A DNA stretch of 64,000 nucleotides from Candidatus Bathyarchaeia archaeon. GTDB taxonomy: Archaea; Thermoproteota; Bathyarchaeia; 40CM-2-53-6. The stretch is from positions 896,001-960,000 of the forward strand of contig JBEKFP010000001.1 of NCBI GenBank assembly GCA_050013255.1, in the 5' to 3' direction. Below the pieces are notes generated by a model. It was not told the origin of the DNA and did not search any database. It was given only the letters and a program-made list of their open reading frames with translations. The position numbers were made by a program, and so were the translations under genes. This document shows positions 49,471 to 59,572 of this stretch, one piece after another; positions within the stretch are counted from its first letter, which is position 1, and each line of letters starts with the position of its first letter.

Positions 49471-50460
49471 CTACCCTGAAGTGAACTGGTAGCTAAGCAC
49501 TTTATCCTTCAACAGGTTCACGATTACCCCGCGCAGAAGACCTGACGGATATTCTGACCCAGGGTTGATGCACATCGTGCGCTTAATTTGAGACGCATTC
49601 TTTGCTTCGTGAATGTGCCCGCAGAGCATCAATAGTGGTTGCATGGCTTCGATTGTGCTTCGGACCGCGGTGCTTCCCACGGGGATCAAGACTTGTTGAC
49701 CTCCTTCGACCACTGGTTTGGGGGGATTCGTTGTCGTGTCCAGCTTCGGTGCAATGTCCAAATTCGAATCGAAGGGTGGGACGTGGACGTTGAAGATGCA
49801 GCTCGATGGTGCCCGTACCTGGCTGGTGAGGGGAGCAAGCTTGGCCACAATCCCGTCTTCGTTACATTCTCTGGGCGTATCCCAAGGTGTGTAATTGCTC
49901 CACCCAAGGCTAAGCATTTCATGGCCACTCTCAAGCGTGACCACCTTTCCATCAACATTCACGAAGTGATCCGTTGAAGCGACGCTGTCGAGAACCTCTT
50001 GGCGGTCATCGTTCCCCCCAGTCCAATAACATTTGACGCTGAGAGGGGCGAGATTTTCTTCGGCGAGTTGCGCCCAGCGCGCTAGACGTTCAATGCTCAA
50101 CTTTTCGAAAAGGCCGGAAACCTTCGCGGGGTCAGCTTCAAGCGTTTCATACTCACTCTGAGAGACCCGGTACGGGTACATGCCCGCATTCATGATGCGG
50201 CCCTCCAGGTTCTCTAGGTTCTCAGGTGCCACATTATCAAATTCCTGTCCTTGAAAGTTGAAGTGATGTTTTCCGTTGGAACCCTGTACCACAGGGACAA
50301 GGGTTTTGCCGGTAATGTCGCCGCCCATTACCAGTGTGTCCGCCTCGTAGAACTTGGCAGCGCCTATGAACTTTCTGAAGACAATCTCAGATGCGTGGAC
50401 GTCAGTTGCGAAAAAAATCCGATAAAACTTCCTTTTGCTTTTTTCTTTCCCCAATTTCAA
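49471..50460 (-). CDS. Icc-related metallophosphoesterase with helical insertion
   Basis: TDVH, GGDIT, GGNDD, HVPP, GHIHE, NPGSEY. Confidence 0.88.
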   Translation of the reverse strand: MKLGKEKSKRKFYRIFFATDVHASEIVFRKFIGAAKFYEADTLVMGGDITGKTLVPVVQGSNGKHHFNFQGQEFDNVAPENLENLEGRIMNAGMYPYRVSQSEYETLEADPAKVSGLFEKLSIERLARWAQLAEENLAPLSVKCYWTGGNDDRQEVLDSVASTDHFVNVDGKVVTLESGHEMLSLGWSNYTPWDTPRECNEDGIVAKLAPLTSQVRAPSSCIFNVHVPPFDSNLDIAPKLDTTTNPPKPVVEGGQQVLIPVGSTAVRSTIEAMQPLLMLCGHIHEAKNASQIKRTMCINPGSEYPSGLLRGVIVNLLKDKVLSYQFTSG

Positions 50461-50608
50461 ATCAGACCCAAGCCTCAGTTGGACAGGGAAAATAAGGATT
50501 TGGAATGTTCCTTTCTTACCTAATGTTGACTGGGTGTGGCCATAATGCCAATCCTCTTATTCGAGGAAATCATGCCTAAAGCTTCGGCACTGTTGCGAGA
50601 GTCGTTCT

Positions 50609-51109
50609 TTGATGGAGAAGGATTTTGAGCGGTTTAGCGTCTACGGGTTTTCAATCGATTACCCAAAGGATGCTCGCATCGAGTTCAACCCTAAGGCCAG
50701 ACGCGGGGAAGGCGACATAGTTTTCCATTTCCCTGATAAGGTGAAATTTTTCCTCTCATGGGGAGACCTAGAAAAAGCCACGAAAACTTTCGGAACAGTC
50801 GAAAAACACGCTGACCACGGCCTTAACAGAGTTAAGAAGGCTGGAAACGTGAAAAGCTTCGAACTAATTTCCCACGATTCACTCAGAATAAACTCGCATG
50901 AGGGACCTTACAACCGCGCGAAGTTTGAGGAGATCGCCGTGGGATTTCTAAGCGGCAAGCGAAAAAACCCACGTGAAGCTCATTCCGTTCACGTGCACTG
51001 CGCTGAATCGTCAAGGTATTTCGTGGTCTACGCGCTGCTGCCAATTGGCGGAATGACTGATTACGAGAGAACATTTGTGAAAATGGCGAAAACCCTCAAG
51101 TGCCATTGA
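50609..51109 (+). CDS. Hypothetical protein, possible PsbP/Mog1-like fold
   Basis: YGFSIDYP start and a terminal helix plus strand (FVKMAKTLKCH). Confidence 0.65.
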   Translation: MMEKDFERFSVYGFSIDYPKDARIEFNPKARRGEGDIVFHFPDKVKFFLSWGDLEKATKTFGTVEKHADHGLNRVKKAGNVKSFELISHDSLRINSHEGPYNRAKFEEIAVGFLSGKRKNPREAHSVHVHCAESSRYFVVYALLPIGGMTDYERTFVKMAKTLKCH

Positions 51110-51120
51110 ACCAAGAAGAA

Positions 51121-51297
51121 TTGTACTAACCGCTCATAACGCTCCACGGCAACATACACGAATCGCGCTGCTTCTACAAGTGGGGTAGAACCATGTGCTT
51201 CAACCCTGGAAGTGAGTACGGGGAAAGGATACTTCGCGGGTTGATTGTTATTTTGAAAGGGCCAAAGATGGAAGCCTACCAGTTCACGTCGGGCTAA
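51121..51297 (+). pseudogene. C-terminal remnant of a second metallophosphoesterase paralog
   Basis: LY*PLITLHGNIHESRCFYKWGRTMCFNPGSEYGERILRGLIVILKGPKMEAYQFTSG* is colinear with the end of 49471..50460. Confidence 0.88.
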
Positions 51298-51352
51298 CGC
51301 CCCGAAGGGTACAAATAGCGTAGGATAATTCTTCTCGGGTTCGGCAGGCCAC

Positions 51353-52141
51353 TTGCAATTGGAAAAAGTTCATGACGCTGCTAAACTGGATTCAATGATG
51401 AAAGAGGAAGGCCCACGCCTCGTCAGGGAAGGCACGAAACGTGGCCTCCACATGAGGCTTCTAGGAGCAATCGCGTTCCAGTACCATTGCCCAAAATACA
51501 GTTTTCTAACCGAAAAGTTGCACCGGCAACTCTCCGACGTTGACTTCGCAGGCTATAATTCTGAAAGGGCTGTGATGGATAAGATGATGCGGGAGTTCGG
51601 CTACTCGGATCAACCAATGATTTCAGCGCTGTTCGGGCACCAGCGAATGATTTGGGACAACGCGTCGAACGGGCTTCACGTTGACATTTTCTTCGATAAG
51701 CTAGAAATGAACCATGACATACCCTTCACAGGCCGCCTCGAACTTGAAGAGATGACCATACCACTTGCTGACATGCTTCTTGAGAAGATGCAAATTGTTC
51801 ACATAAACGAAAAGGACATTGTGGACACTATAATGCTTCTGCGAGAACATGCCATCGGTAATTCGGCGACCCCCGAAACTGTCGACGGAAGTTACTTGGC
51901 GAAAATTCTTTCAAACGAATGGGGCTTCTACTATACAGTCACTACTAACCTCAAGAAGGTTGAAGACCGACTAAACGTGTACCCAGAACTGACCGAAGAG
52001 GATCGAGCGGACGTCTCGAAGAAGATCCGTGAGCTGCTCTCAATTCTGGATAAGCAGCCGAAATCGCTTGCGTGGAAACTTAGAGCCCGAGTGGGGCCGA
52101 AGACCAAGTGGTATAAGGAAGTAGAAGACGTAAAACGCTAA
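51353..52141 (+). CDS. Uncharacterised Pol-beta-superfamily nucleotidyltransferase
   Basis: RLLGAIAF, SDVDF (DxD), HVDIF third acidic residue, LLEK...EKDIVD. Confidence 0.72.
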   Translation: MQLEKVHDAAKLDSMMKEEGPRLVREGTKRGLHMRLLGAIAFQYHCPKYSFLTEKLHRQLSDVDFAGYNSERAVMDKMMREFGYSDQPMISALFGHQRMIWDNASNGLHVDIFFDKLEMNHDIPFTGRLELEEMTIPLADMLLEKMQIVHINEKDIVDTIMLLREHAIGNSATPETVDGSYLAKILSNEWGFYYTVTTNLKKVEDRLNVYPELTEEDRADVSKKIRELLSILDKQPKSLAWKLRARVGPKTKWYKEVEDVKR

Positions 52142-52519
52142 GATAACGCCGTCTCCTTCGGGCAGGGTTCGTCTGGACTATATCACACATATCCCACGGC
52201 CGTTCGGCATAGGCGCGCACGCTTCGTCGCCGATTTCAATATGTGGTGTTGTTTTATGGGGATAACATATTACTCATCCCTACCGACGAGCAACCGGGCT
52301 GCGGCTGCACTATAGTAGATCGATTTCATTGGAACCTCTATGAGATCATGCCAGGCCAATGGCATGGAGGCCTACGCTCTCTCCTCGAATCTTCAAATTC
52401 CGTTAACATTTGAGTGAGCCTGTTCCATCTACTCGCCGGTAGAGACTCTCACTGACGCTTTCAAGATGACTACGAGACCAACGATAAGCCTATTTATCGA
52501 AGTAGTATGAAAGTTATAC

Positions 52520-52807
52520 TTGTTGAAATTGCAAGAGCCTGAAGTTGCTGTCGTGGGGACGAAAGGCCAGATGGTAATCCCGAGGCAAATGCGGATAGAG
52601 TTGAATATTAAACCGAAGACGAAGCTGGCGGTTTACCGGAGAGGAGACAAACTTGTGATAACGAAACTGAGAATTCCTTCATTAGGTCACGGGCTCAAAG
52701 AACTGTTCAGGGAAATTGATGAACAGTATAAAGAAAAAAAGAGGCCGACCGAGAGAGAGATACTGAATGAGATCCGGGCATACAGAATGGAGAGGCGGTT
52801 GACCTAG
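52520..52807 (+). CDS. AbrB/MazE-type antitoxin
   Basis: VGTKGQMVIP..R..L.I. Confidence 0.88.
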   Translation: MLKLQEPEVAVVGTKGQMVIPRQMRIELNIKPKTKLAVYRRGDKLVITKLRIPSLGHGLKELFREIDEQYKEKKRPTEREILNEIRAYRMERRLT

Positions 52808-52816
52808 GCGCATCAG

Positions 52817-53239
52817 ATGGCAGTCGTTGTCATAGATACAAATGTCCTAATCTCTGCTCTACTAGGTCACGGGAAACCCAGAAGTCTGGTAACTAGGCTG
52901 CTGGCAGAACACGCAATAGTCACGTCAAGAGACATGTTAACCGAGCTTGCAGATGTTCTTTCTAGAGAGAAGTTCCTGGAAATAAAGCGCGCGCAGGTTA
53001 ACGCGTTCCTCTCAATCTTGCTAAGCAAAGCTTCGGTCGTAAGGGTCGAGCATCACCTCAATGTGGTAGCGGAAGACCCAGATGACAACATAGTCCTGAG
53101 TACCGCATTGAAGGAAAAAGCCGACTACATAGTCACAGGAGACAAACACTTGCTGAACCTGAAAGAGTTCAGGGGAATCAAGGTCCTCACCGTCAAAGGC
53201 ATGCTCGACCTATTGAAGGGCCGAATGCTTCATGGTTAG
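52817..53239 (+). CDS. PIN-domain (VapC-like) toxin
   Basis: VVIDTNVLISA, DPDDN, IVTGDKHLL. Confidence 0.92.
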   Translation: MAVVVIDTNVLISALLGHGKPRSLVTRLLAEHAIVTSRDMLTELADVLSREKFLEIKRAQVNAFLSILLSKASVVRVEHHLNVVAEDPDDNIVLSTALKEKADYIVTGDKHLLNLKEFRGIKVLTVKGMLDLLKGRMLHG

Positions 53240-53270
53240 AACAGGGAGAGATGAAGGTGAAGAGGAAAAG

Positions 53271-53530
53271 AGAACACGGGGCCTCGCCAAGGGAATAGAC
53301 ATCGAGGGCGTCCGGGAAGAGCATGAACGGCTTTAAGGTTGAACGATTCATACGTGTGGATTGAGTATTTTTCGAATGGGCCCTTGGCGAAGAAATATGC
53401 TTCTTACATTAAGGATGTAAGCGAGAATAACGCTGTCACGCCAACGGTTGTGATCTATGAGGTCCAAAAGAGGCTGATGGAAGAGAAGAGCGTGAAGAGC
53501 GAGCAGATTGCGCTCGAGGCTTACGCAACA
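53271..53530 (+). pseudogene. Decayed vapBC pair: antitoxin tail plus N-terminal half of a PIN toxin
   Basis: RGLAKGIDIEGVREEHERL* then DSYVWIEYF...TPTVVIYEV; C-terminal PIN acidic residues are missing. Confidence 0.7.
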
Positions 53531-53544
53531 TCTCCGTCTCTTGA

Positions 53545-53870
53545 TTACTCTGCCGCTTTTATGACAATCTTGTTCTTGTCCGCCAAATATACTGCGACTT
53601 CCTGCCCTATTTTGAGGTCAGCCTGTTTCATATCTCGGGCGGGAGTTATATTGATGGGTTTCCAGCCGCGCGAGTGATTTTGCGAATGAGCTTTAGTCTT
53701 GGGTTGAGTGACATGATCCTCTGCCGAATCGCATCTGCCTGTTCCATCGTGAAGAGTTCCTCGCCATCGACTGGGCAGCGTAGCGCTTTCACGTTCTTGA
53801 GTATAATTCCGAATTGTTCATACATTGTATTCACGGTTTGATACTCGGCGTGATGTTCAGGGCATTTCAT
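53545..53870 (-). pseudogene. YgiT/MqsA-type zinc finger fused to an AbrB-like domain, disrupted
   Basis: CPEH..NVKALRCPVDGEE; RKITRAAGNPSI*LPPEI then a frameshift to MKQADLKIGQEVAVYLADKNKIVIKAAE*. Confidence 0.72.
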
Positions 53871-54229
53871 GATGACTCACGTCCCTTAGTGATCGTAATC
53901 CTAGCGATAAACGATATCCTTGAAGTATGACGTCGTGTGAGCTGCGGGTGTAGCAGTCAACCTGATTTTCACCCCGTTGTTCTTGTTAACATGCTTCATC
54001 ATTTATCGATGGGTTCGGCACCAAGTCCTGCGAGTGCGCGTTCAGCGTCTCTTAGATTTGCGAGTGCTCGTCTTTGAAGGTTCATGACATCGGAGAGAAG
54101 CTCTAGGTTTCGTGCAGCCTTCAAACGCGCACTACGCGAAAGAACGTGTAAATCCGAATAGGGAACAACCGGTTTTTTTCGAACGCAACTTTAAAGCCCA
54201 GCTGCCAGAGTGAGAAGGCGAAAGTTTCG

Positions 54230-54412
54230 GTGAGAAGGATGCAGTTCAGAAGGACAACGATGCTCTTACTTGTAGTATTGCTTGCGTTCTTTATTCGTAC
54301 CGAGACGCAACCTGCGACTGCGATTGGGATTGGTGGTGGGGGCGGCTTCCTGTATATGAGGAGACGAAAGGCTAAGGCGACTGCGCAGAACGCCCAGACG
54401 GGCAAGAAATAG
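54230..54412 (+). pseudogene. Possible remnant of a C-terminal membrane anchor
   Basis: IGIGGGGGFLYMRRRKAK. Confidence 0.35.
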
Positions 54413-54457
54413 AAAGTTCACAGCATAGAGATCTAGTTGGCTTGGAGCAAGTGATAC

Positions 54458-57400
54458 TTGGCGCCTAGGTGGGCCATTCTCCTACTATTGGTGGCTCTCG
54501 CACTCTCATTCGCTGCTCCCCCTGCTTCTGCTCACACAACCGTAGGAGACTTGACCGGAACATCCCCGTACCGAATAAACGATAATGAACTCACAATCCC
54601 CGGCGGCAATCATGTCCCCGGCCCCTTAGGATACGTCTGGCCAGGGAGCGGCCTCGACACATACTCGGGGGTAGCCTCCAACCCGCCCGGTTACCAGTCA
54701 CCCTTCACCAACCAACAACCGCTCCAGGAGGCAGGCGACTCCTACAGCCCCGAAGGTGCCATTCTCACCTCAACCGCCGACCACGACAGTGTGGGTGACT
54801 TGATCTTCGCCCTGAACTTCTCAAACCCGAATGCTTTCCCTAGCCCAAGCCGATTCAACTACACGAGCCTAGCAATCTACATCCCCGCGCCTGTCTTCGA
54901 CGCAACAGGCAAACTAATCCAAGATGGGTTCGAACCTGCCGCCGGAATCAACTGGGATCAAAGCGATAACACCAACATCGTCACCACCATCACCAACGAT
55001 TATGGCAGCATATTCGTGACCCGAGCAGATATGAACGATCCATTCGAACCCGGCTCATGGATCATATACATCCAAGCGCCACCGTCAGGGATCACGTTCA
55101 ACTTTAACAAGAACTTCGACAACTGGTATTACATTCGAATCAACCAGATGAAAGCACCTTTCACCGCTGGAAGATACTTTTTCAAAATGTTCCTCAACGA
55201 CTCTTACCCTGTGCACGACGGTGCGTCCGCTAATTTGATCGCGGGCACGGTGCCGATGGAAAATTGGCCAGTGCTCCTCGTTAAGGGCGAGGTGGACCCA
55301 GCCATAATTTCGGGCACGCTTAGGTATGGTGATCTGGACAGCACCCTCTATGGAAAACCTATCAACCTTCCAGGAATGGTCAGAGCGGTTGGAGTCGCAA
55401 ACGATCCACTGACAAACGAGCCGACGGGTCGGGCAGTTGAAGCACGGGGATATTTTAACGCAACCGCCCAAGGCCACTATGAGATAGAGGGGGTCGCCCC
55501 AGGGGTCTATGATATTTACGCTTCAGCGGCTGGGCTTCCCGAACAGAAAATAGCTAGCGATGTTAGGGTGACTCGGGGGCAGTCGCTTCAGCTCGATGGA
55601 TACCTTAACGTTGGCTTCCAACTGCGAGGTACAATATTTTCGGAACTAGGGTTTGGCGAAAGCTCGTGGCCCGCCCAACGACCGATCTCGGTAATCATTT
55701 ACAATAGCAAATCCTACGACGTTCCAAGCATCGAGACTGAGTCCCCCATCAACCTCACCGTTCCACCCTATACATCATACGTGAACGGAAACACCTACTT
55801 CTCAGCTACAGGTTTCAGCGGGTTAATTTCAGGGGTGACAGGTCCGAAAAAGGCCGCATTCCCTTGGGAAGGCCCCACAAGCTACTATACATACACGAAC
55901 CCAAGCATCAAAGATCCCTTCGGGTTGTTCAATGGCGTGGGCCCAGCTCAAGTCTGGTGGGTCGACCCCCGTGGCAACCTCGATCCCAACACAGGTCTAG
56001 GTTCATCAGTGTCGGAGTTCACTTTCCAATTCGGGTCGGAGGGCGTCTATGGTGTGCCAACGAGATTCTCAGGAATGGTTCCCGAAATCTTCGCCACATG
56101 GACGGACAGCCTAAGCCCCGGAACATACTACATTCGAGTCTTCCTGAATGGATATGTCCAGACTACTCCTGATGGGGAGACATTCGTGGATTACTCGTTC
56201 ACAGTCCCAGACATCGGCCCCTATAACACATTCATACCAATCGACCTCATACGATCATGCGGTATCAACGTTACAGTCCACTTCCATGACAACCCAAGTA
56301 CGCTTGTGGAGGGTACGATAGGAGGTCCTGACCCAGCACGGTATATGATAGCGGAAGCGTTCGCGCGAGATAACTCGCTGGCAGCATTCAACTTCACAGA
56401 AGTCTCTTCCTCAAAGTCTGAGATGTCTATACTGCTCAACGGTTTGGGAATGGCAGGGGATCCACTCCACGTATCCCCCTTCGACCCGAGAGCACCAATC
56501 AAGTATTCCCTCGCCAGGTACAGGGGCGAATACGACTATGGGCTCCCAACCGATACTTACACGGTCCGCGTATTCATGAGGGGCTACATTCAGGCCCTTC
56601 CACCAGCAACGTCATTCGACGAATTGGACCAACCACTATCGGTAAGCATCTCGGTTGGCAGCTGCCTCCTGGGAGCAAGCACCCACATGTACCGAGGCGG
56701 CAGCATCAACGCGTCCGTGACATCTACCGATTGGGAGAGGCCGCGGGTCGAACGGAACTGGGTGTGGAACAACACATCCGTAGATGTTCTAGTGTACGAC
56801 ATTTCATCCCGGAACTTCATAGATGTAATCAACTTCTGGAACGCTAAGATTGAGCAATGGTCGATACCGACTCAGAACTCAATGTTCACAAACCTCCCGT
56901 GGCCAGGTTGGCTAACATCATACGGGCCCGGTTCCAGCTACCTCATGACAAACGGAAGCGTATTCGTCGACAGCCTCGGACCTGACTTGCCCAGCGTAGC
57001 CTCCACAGACCCCGCCAATACCATGACGACCTTTGATTTCCTCCAGGAAAAGATCCACGAAGGTTTCCTGTTCAATTTCACCTACTACAGACTCCCCTCA
57101 TTCAGATCGAACTTGGCAATTTATCCGGGAACGTATGCGCTGAACGGTTGGACGTATGGGTATGTGCAGGGGAACGTGGTCACGCTTGGCGACCTTGGCA
57201 ACGTTTACGTGTCCGTCCCATGGCTCAGCCAAATGGCTGACATAAACCTCAACCTCATAGTCGGGGTAAACCTGACAGTAAGTGTTCTCTTCGAGACTGA
57301 GAAGATAATCTCTGGGACACCCTACAATATGTCTGTTAGGTTTCGCGTATTCGACGATCAAGATAGGCTTGTAGCCGCAACAACCCTATTCACATCAGAC

Positions 57401-58177
57401 GCCGGTATACTGCTCCCCTCATCAAACGTTGGCTTCTTCGCGAACGGAAGGAAACTCATTAGCCAAGCGCTCCCCGCGGGAACCACGCTGCTAACCTACA
57501 GGGATCTTGCTGGACTCTTCAGCTACGTGGAACCGAGCAGCGCAACGTCCCGCATCCAGAGCGTCACTCTCTTCCCCCGCGGACTTCTCCACGGAATATG
57601 GGGTAGCGGCGCATCCGTAGGCAGCTACTACGGATCCTGGACGGTGATGGTTGACTTCGTGAACTGGTACCGGCCCGCGGTCGCGTACCCACCCCCCCCA
57701 GCCCTCCTTCAAGGCGAATCGCCCTACTTCTTCCCATACAACCATCTTGGACCCTACGCGCAACAAGGATACACCCCCATATACACTCTCATCCTAAACG
57801 CTCCTCTCAGCGGCGAAGCTTCAGCCGAGTTCGAAGTTGACAGACGAGGGTACATTCAAGGAATTATACTTGGAATGAATTGGGACGATCAAACCAGAAC
57901 GATGAGTTGGGTAACCGTGGAGATTGTGGACAGTTCCGGGTACCAATATTACTGGTATACATGGGACGGATGGTTTGATGGCTACCTAAACCCAGGAACC
58001 TACCAGGCCACAATTACCGAATGGAACCATAACGAAGGCCACCAGCAAATAATGTTCACGCTTAACGTCAACCAAGGAGAACAGAATGATGCACTCAACT
58101 ACATTCTGGAAGAAAGCCAAATGCCAATACCTGAACTCCCAGCGATTCCCCTAACGTGCGAAAAATTCCTCTGGTAG
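54458..58177 (+). CDS. Large secreted beta-rich surface glycoprotein with carboxypeptidase-regulatory-like domains; sorting signal truncated
   Basis: Signal peptide ending ASA-H; G.Y.IEGVAPGVYDIYASA; many N-x-S/T sequons; ends PIPELP without a TM helix. Confidence 0.8.
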   Translation: MAPRWAILLLLVALALSFAAPPASAHTTVGDLTGTSPYRINDNELTIPGGNHVPGPLGYVWPGSGLDTYSGVASNPPGYQSPFTNQQPLQEAGDSYSPEGAILTSTADHDSVGDLIFALNFSNPNAFPSPSRFNYTSLAIYIPAPVFDATGKLIQDGFEPAAGINWDQSDNTNIVTTITNDYGSIFVTRADMNDPFEPGSWIIYIQAPPSGITFNFNKNFDNWYYIRINQMKAPFTAGRYFFKMFLNDSYPVHDGASANLIAGTVPMENWPVLLVKGEVDPAIISGTLRYGDLDSTLYGKPINLPGMVRAVGVANDPLTNEPTGRAVEARGYFNATAQGHYEIEGVAPGVYDIYASAAGLPEQKIASDVRVTRGQSLQLDGYLNVGFQLRGTIFSELGFGESSWPAQRPISVIIYNSKSYDVPSIETESPINLTVPPYTSYVNGNTYFSATGFSGLISGVTGPKKAAFPWEGPTSYYTYTNPSIKDPFGLFNGVGPAQVWWVDPRGNLDPNTGLGSSVSEFTFQFGSEGVYGVPTRFSGMVPEIFATWTDSLSPGTYYIRVFLNGYVQTTPDGETFVDYSFTVPDIGPYNTFIPIDLIRSCGINVTVHFHDNPSTLVEGTIGGPDPARYMIAEAFARDNSLAAFNFTEVSSSKSEMSILLNGLGMAGDPLHVSPFDPRAPIKYSLARYRGEYDYGLPTDTYTVRVFMRGYIQALPPATSFDELDQPLSVSISVGSCLLGASTHMYRGGSINASVTSTDWERPRVERNWVWNNTSVDVLVYDISSRNFIDVINFWNAKIEQWSIPTQNSMFTNLPWPGWLTSYGPGSSYLMTNGSVFVDSLGPDLPSVASTDPANTMTTFDFLQEKIHEGFLFNFTYYRLPSFRSNLAIYPGTYALNGWTYGYVQGNVVTLGDLGNVYVSVPWLSQMADINLNLIVGVNLTVSVLFETEKIISGTPYNMSVRFRVFDDQDRLVAATTLFTSDAGILLPSSNVGFFANGRKLISQALPAGTTLLTYRDLAGLFSYVEPSSATSRIQSVTLFPRGLLHGIWGSGASVGSYYGSWTVMVDFVNWYRPAVAYPPPPALLQGESPYFFPYNHLGPYAQQGYTPIYTLILNAPLSGEASAEFEVDRRGYIQGIILGMNWDDQTRTMSWVTVEIVDSSGYQYYWYTWDGWFDGYLNPGTYQATITEWNHNEGHQQIMFTLNVNQGEQNDALNYILEESQMPIPELPAIPLTCEKFLW

Positions 58178-58261
58178 GAATATTACCGAACCCACGACAT
58201 AGTGGGTTCGTATCCCACCATTTACCAGAATGCCAAGAATAACGATTCTGAATATGGATAG

Positions 58262-58405
58262 CTCCGATATCAGGAACGATATGCGCTCGGTGGAAGGGAC
58301 GCGCTAATTTTGGTGAGCTCAGAGTTCGAAACCTTCGATAAGGAACTGATCCGGCTTCGTAGGATTGAGCATGGTCGCCGCAAACTAATGATTCATTCCG
58401 CGTAA
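58262..58405 (+). pseudogene. C-terminal remnant of a PIN/VapC toxin
   Basis: LRYQERYALGGRDALILVSSEFETFDKELIRL (D-A-L-I and T-F-D motifs). Confidence 0.55.
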
Positions 58406-58470
58406 GTCGCACAATTAGGATTACAATCAATTAACGGAGCGAAGACTTGACGGAGCCTTCCATGTTTAGT

Positions 58471-58761
58471 CTATTTGTTTGTGGTTTTGTCCGCTATTTC
58501 TTTCGCGATTTGTTCCTTTGTTTTGCCTTCTGTGGTTATGCCGAGGCTTTTCGCGGCGACTAGAAGAGGGTCCTGCTCGGTCTCCTTTGTTGTTGAGGTT
58601 GTGGAGCTTGTGATTGATGATATTTCCTTGGTGCTCTTCTCGAACTCTTTCTTTGCCAGGCCGATTGATCTGGCTAGCTCGGGGAGTTTCTTTGGGCCCC
58701 AAAGAAAAACCACCAGTATGACCCCGACTACGACGAGCCACTCATACCCAATTAGTGCCAT
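58471..58761 (-). CDS. tatA: Twin-arginine translocase TatA
   Basis: G.EWLVV..LWGPKKLPELARSIG.AKKEF. Confidence 0.93.
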   Translation of the reverse strand: MALIGYEWLVVVGVILVVFLWGPKKLPELARSIGLAKKEFEKSTKEISSITSSTTSTTKETEQDPLLVAAKSLGITTEGKTKEQIAKEIADKTTNK

Positions 58762-59084
58762 TGGGCTTCAACAAGAGTAATTTTCCTGTGGGCTGAATAT
58801 AAGGAAAACTGAACTTGAACTCAAAGAGACGCGTGCACCGCTTGCGTTTCAGAGCAAGAATTGAGCAGGACTTGACTATGGCTTAAGCGTTGCCCCGGTT
58901 GCTGGGGTTACAACGACCCAGAATGCCTCCCAACAATTAGTGAGTCAGTCGGGCTGAGCGCTTTCGTAACGTAGCTCAAGAGACACTCTTGATAAAGTAG
59001 ATTCGTGTACACACTCAGAAGCGTTGCCGTCGAGGCCTTGGAGAAAAACTGAAACCTCAACCCGACCCTACTGCGAGCGAAACT

Positions 59085-59267
59085 GTGGCAGCCTACTTGA
59101 CCAGCATCTCGGGCAACTATGACCCGAACAATGTTTGGGTTTACAACGATTTATGGGCGAGGGCTACGGGTTCAACGAGCCTTACGCCGGGCGAAGCGAT
59201 ATGGTTTCTGGTGACTTCCAGCTACGCTGAAGCCCTAGTGCAACAGCACTGGAGGCTGAACAATTGA
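59085..59267 (+). pseudogene. Probable fragment of a cell-surface protein
   Basis: YLTSISGNYD..VWVY...W...LTPGEAIWF; no signal peptide or clear start. Confidence 0.35.
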
Positions 59268-59350
59268 ACAATTGACTCGTTGCTCAGCCTACCGAGGCAG
59301 AAATCGAAATGTCGCTAGCATTATCAGCGTGGACGGCCCATGGTGTAGAC

Positions 59351-59572
59351 ATGAATTCGAGCGAATTGGATCAGTTGCTCAAAGGCTATCTTGAGGCTAA
59401 GTTTGGGGCGGCTCTGGATTATTTTGCAATTGAGGGTCAGATGTCCCCTGACGCGACGGGCGATATGGGTGTCACGGGGAACTACCGAAAACATGCTAAT
59501 GAGAAGAACTTCTACTTCACGGCCACGGTCAACCTTACCTCACACGTAGTGCGGAATATGCAAGAATATTGA
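59351..59572 (+). CDS. Small hypothetical protein
   Basis: Clean 73-aa ORF with GGTG upstream. Confidence 0.55.
   Translation: MNSSELDQLLKGYLEAKFGAALDYFAIEGQMSPDATGDMGVTGNYRKHANEKNFYFTATVNLTSHVVRNMQEY

Noticed and set aside
52145-52500. Possible gene remnant between the NTase and the AbrB gene
   Set aside because: The frames I read gave no recognisable motif.
58175-58260. Pyrrolysine-type readthrough of the TAG to restore the surface-protein anchor
   Set aside because: The in-frame continuation is hydrophilic and hits another TAG.
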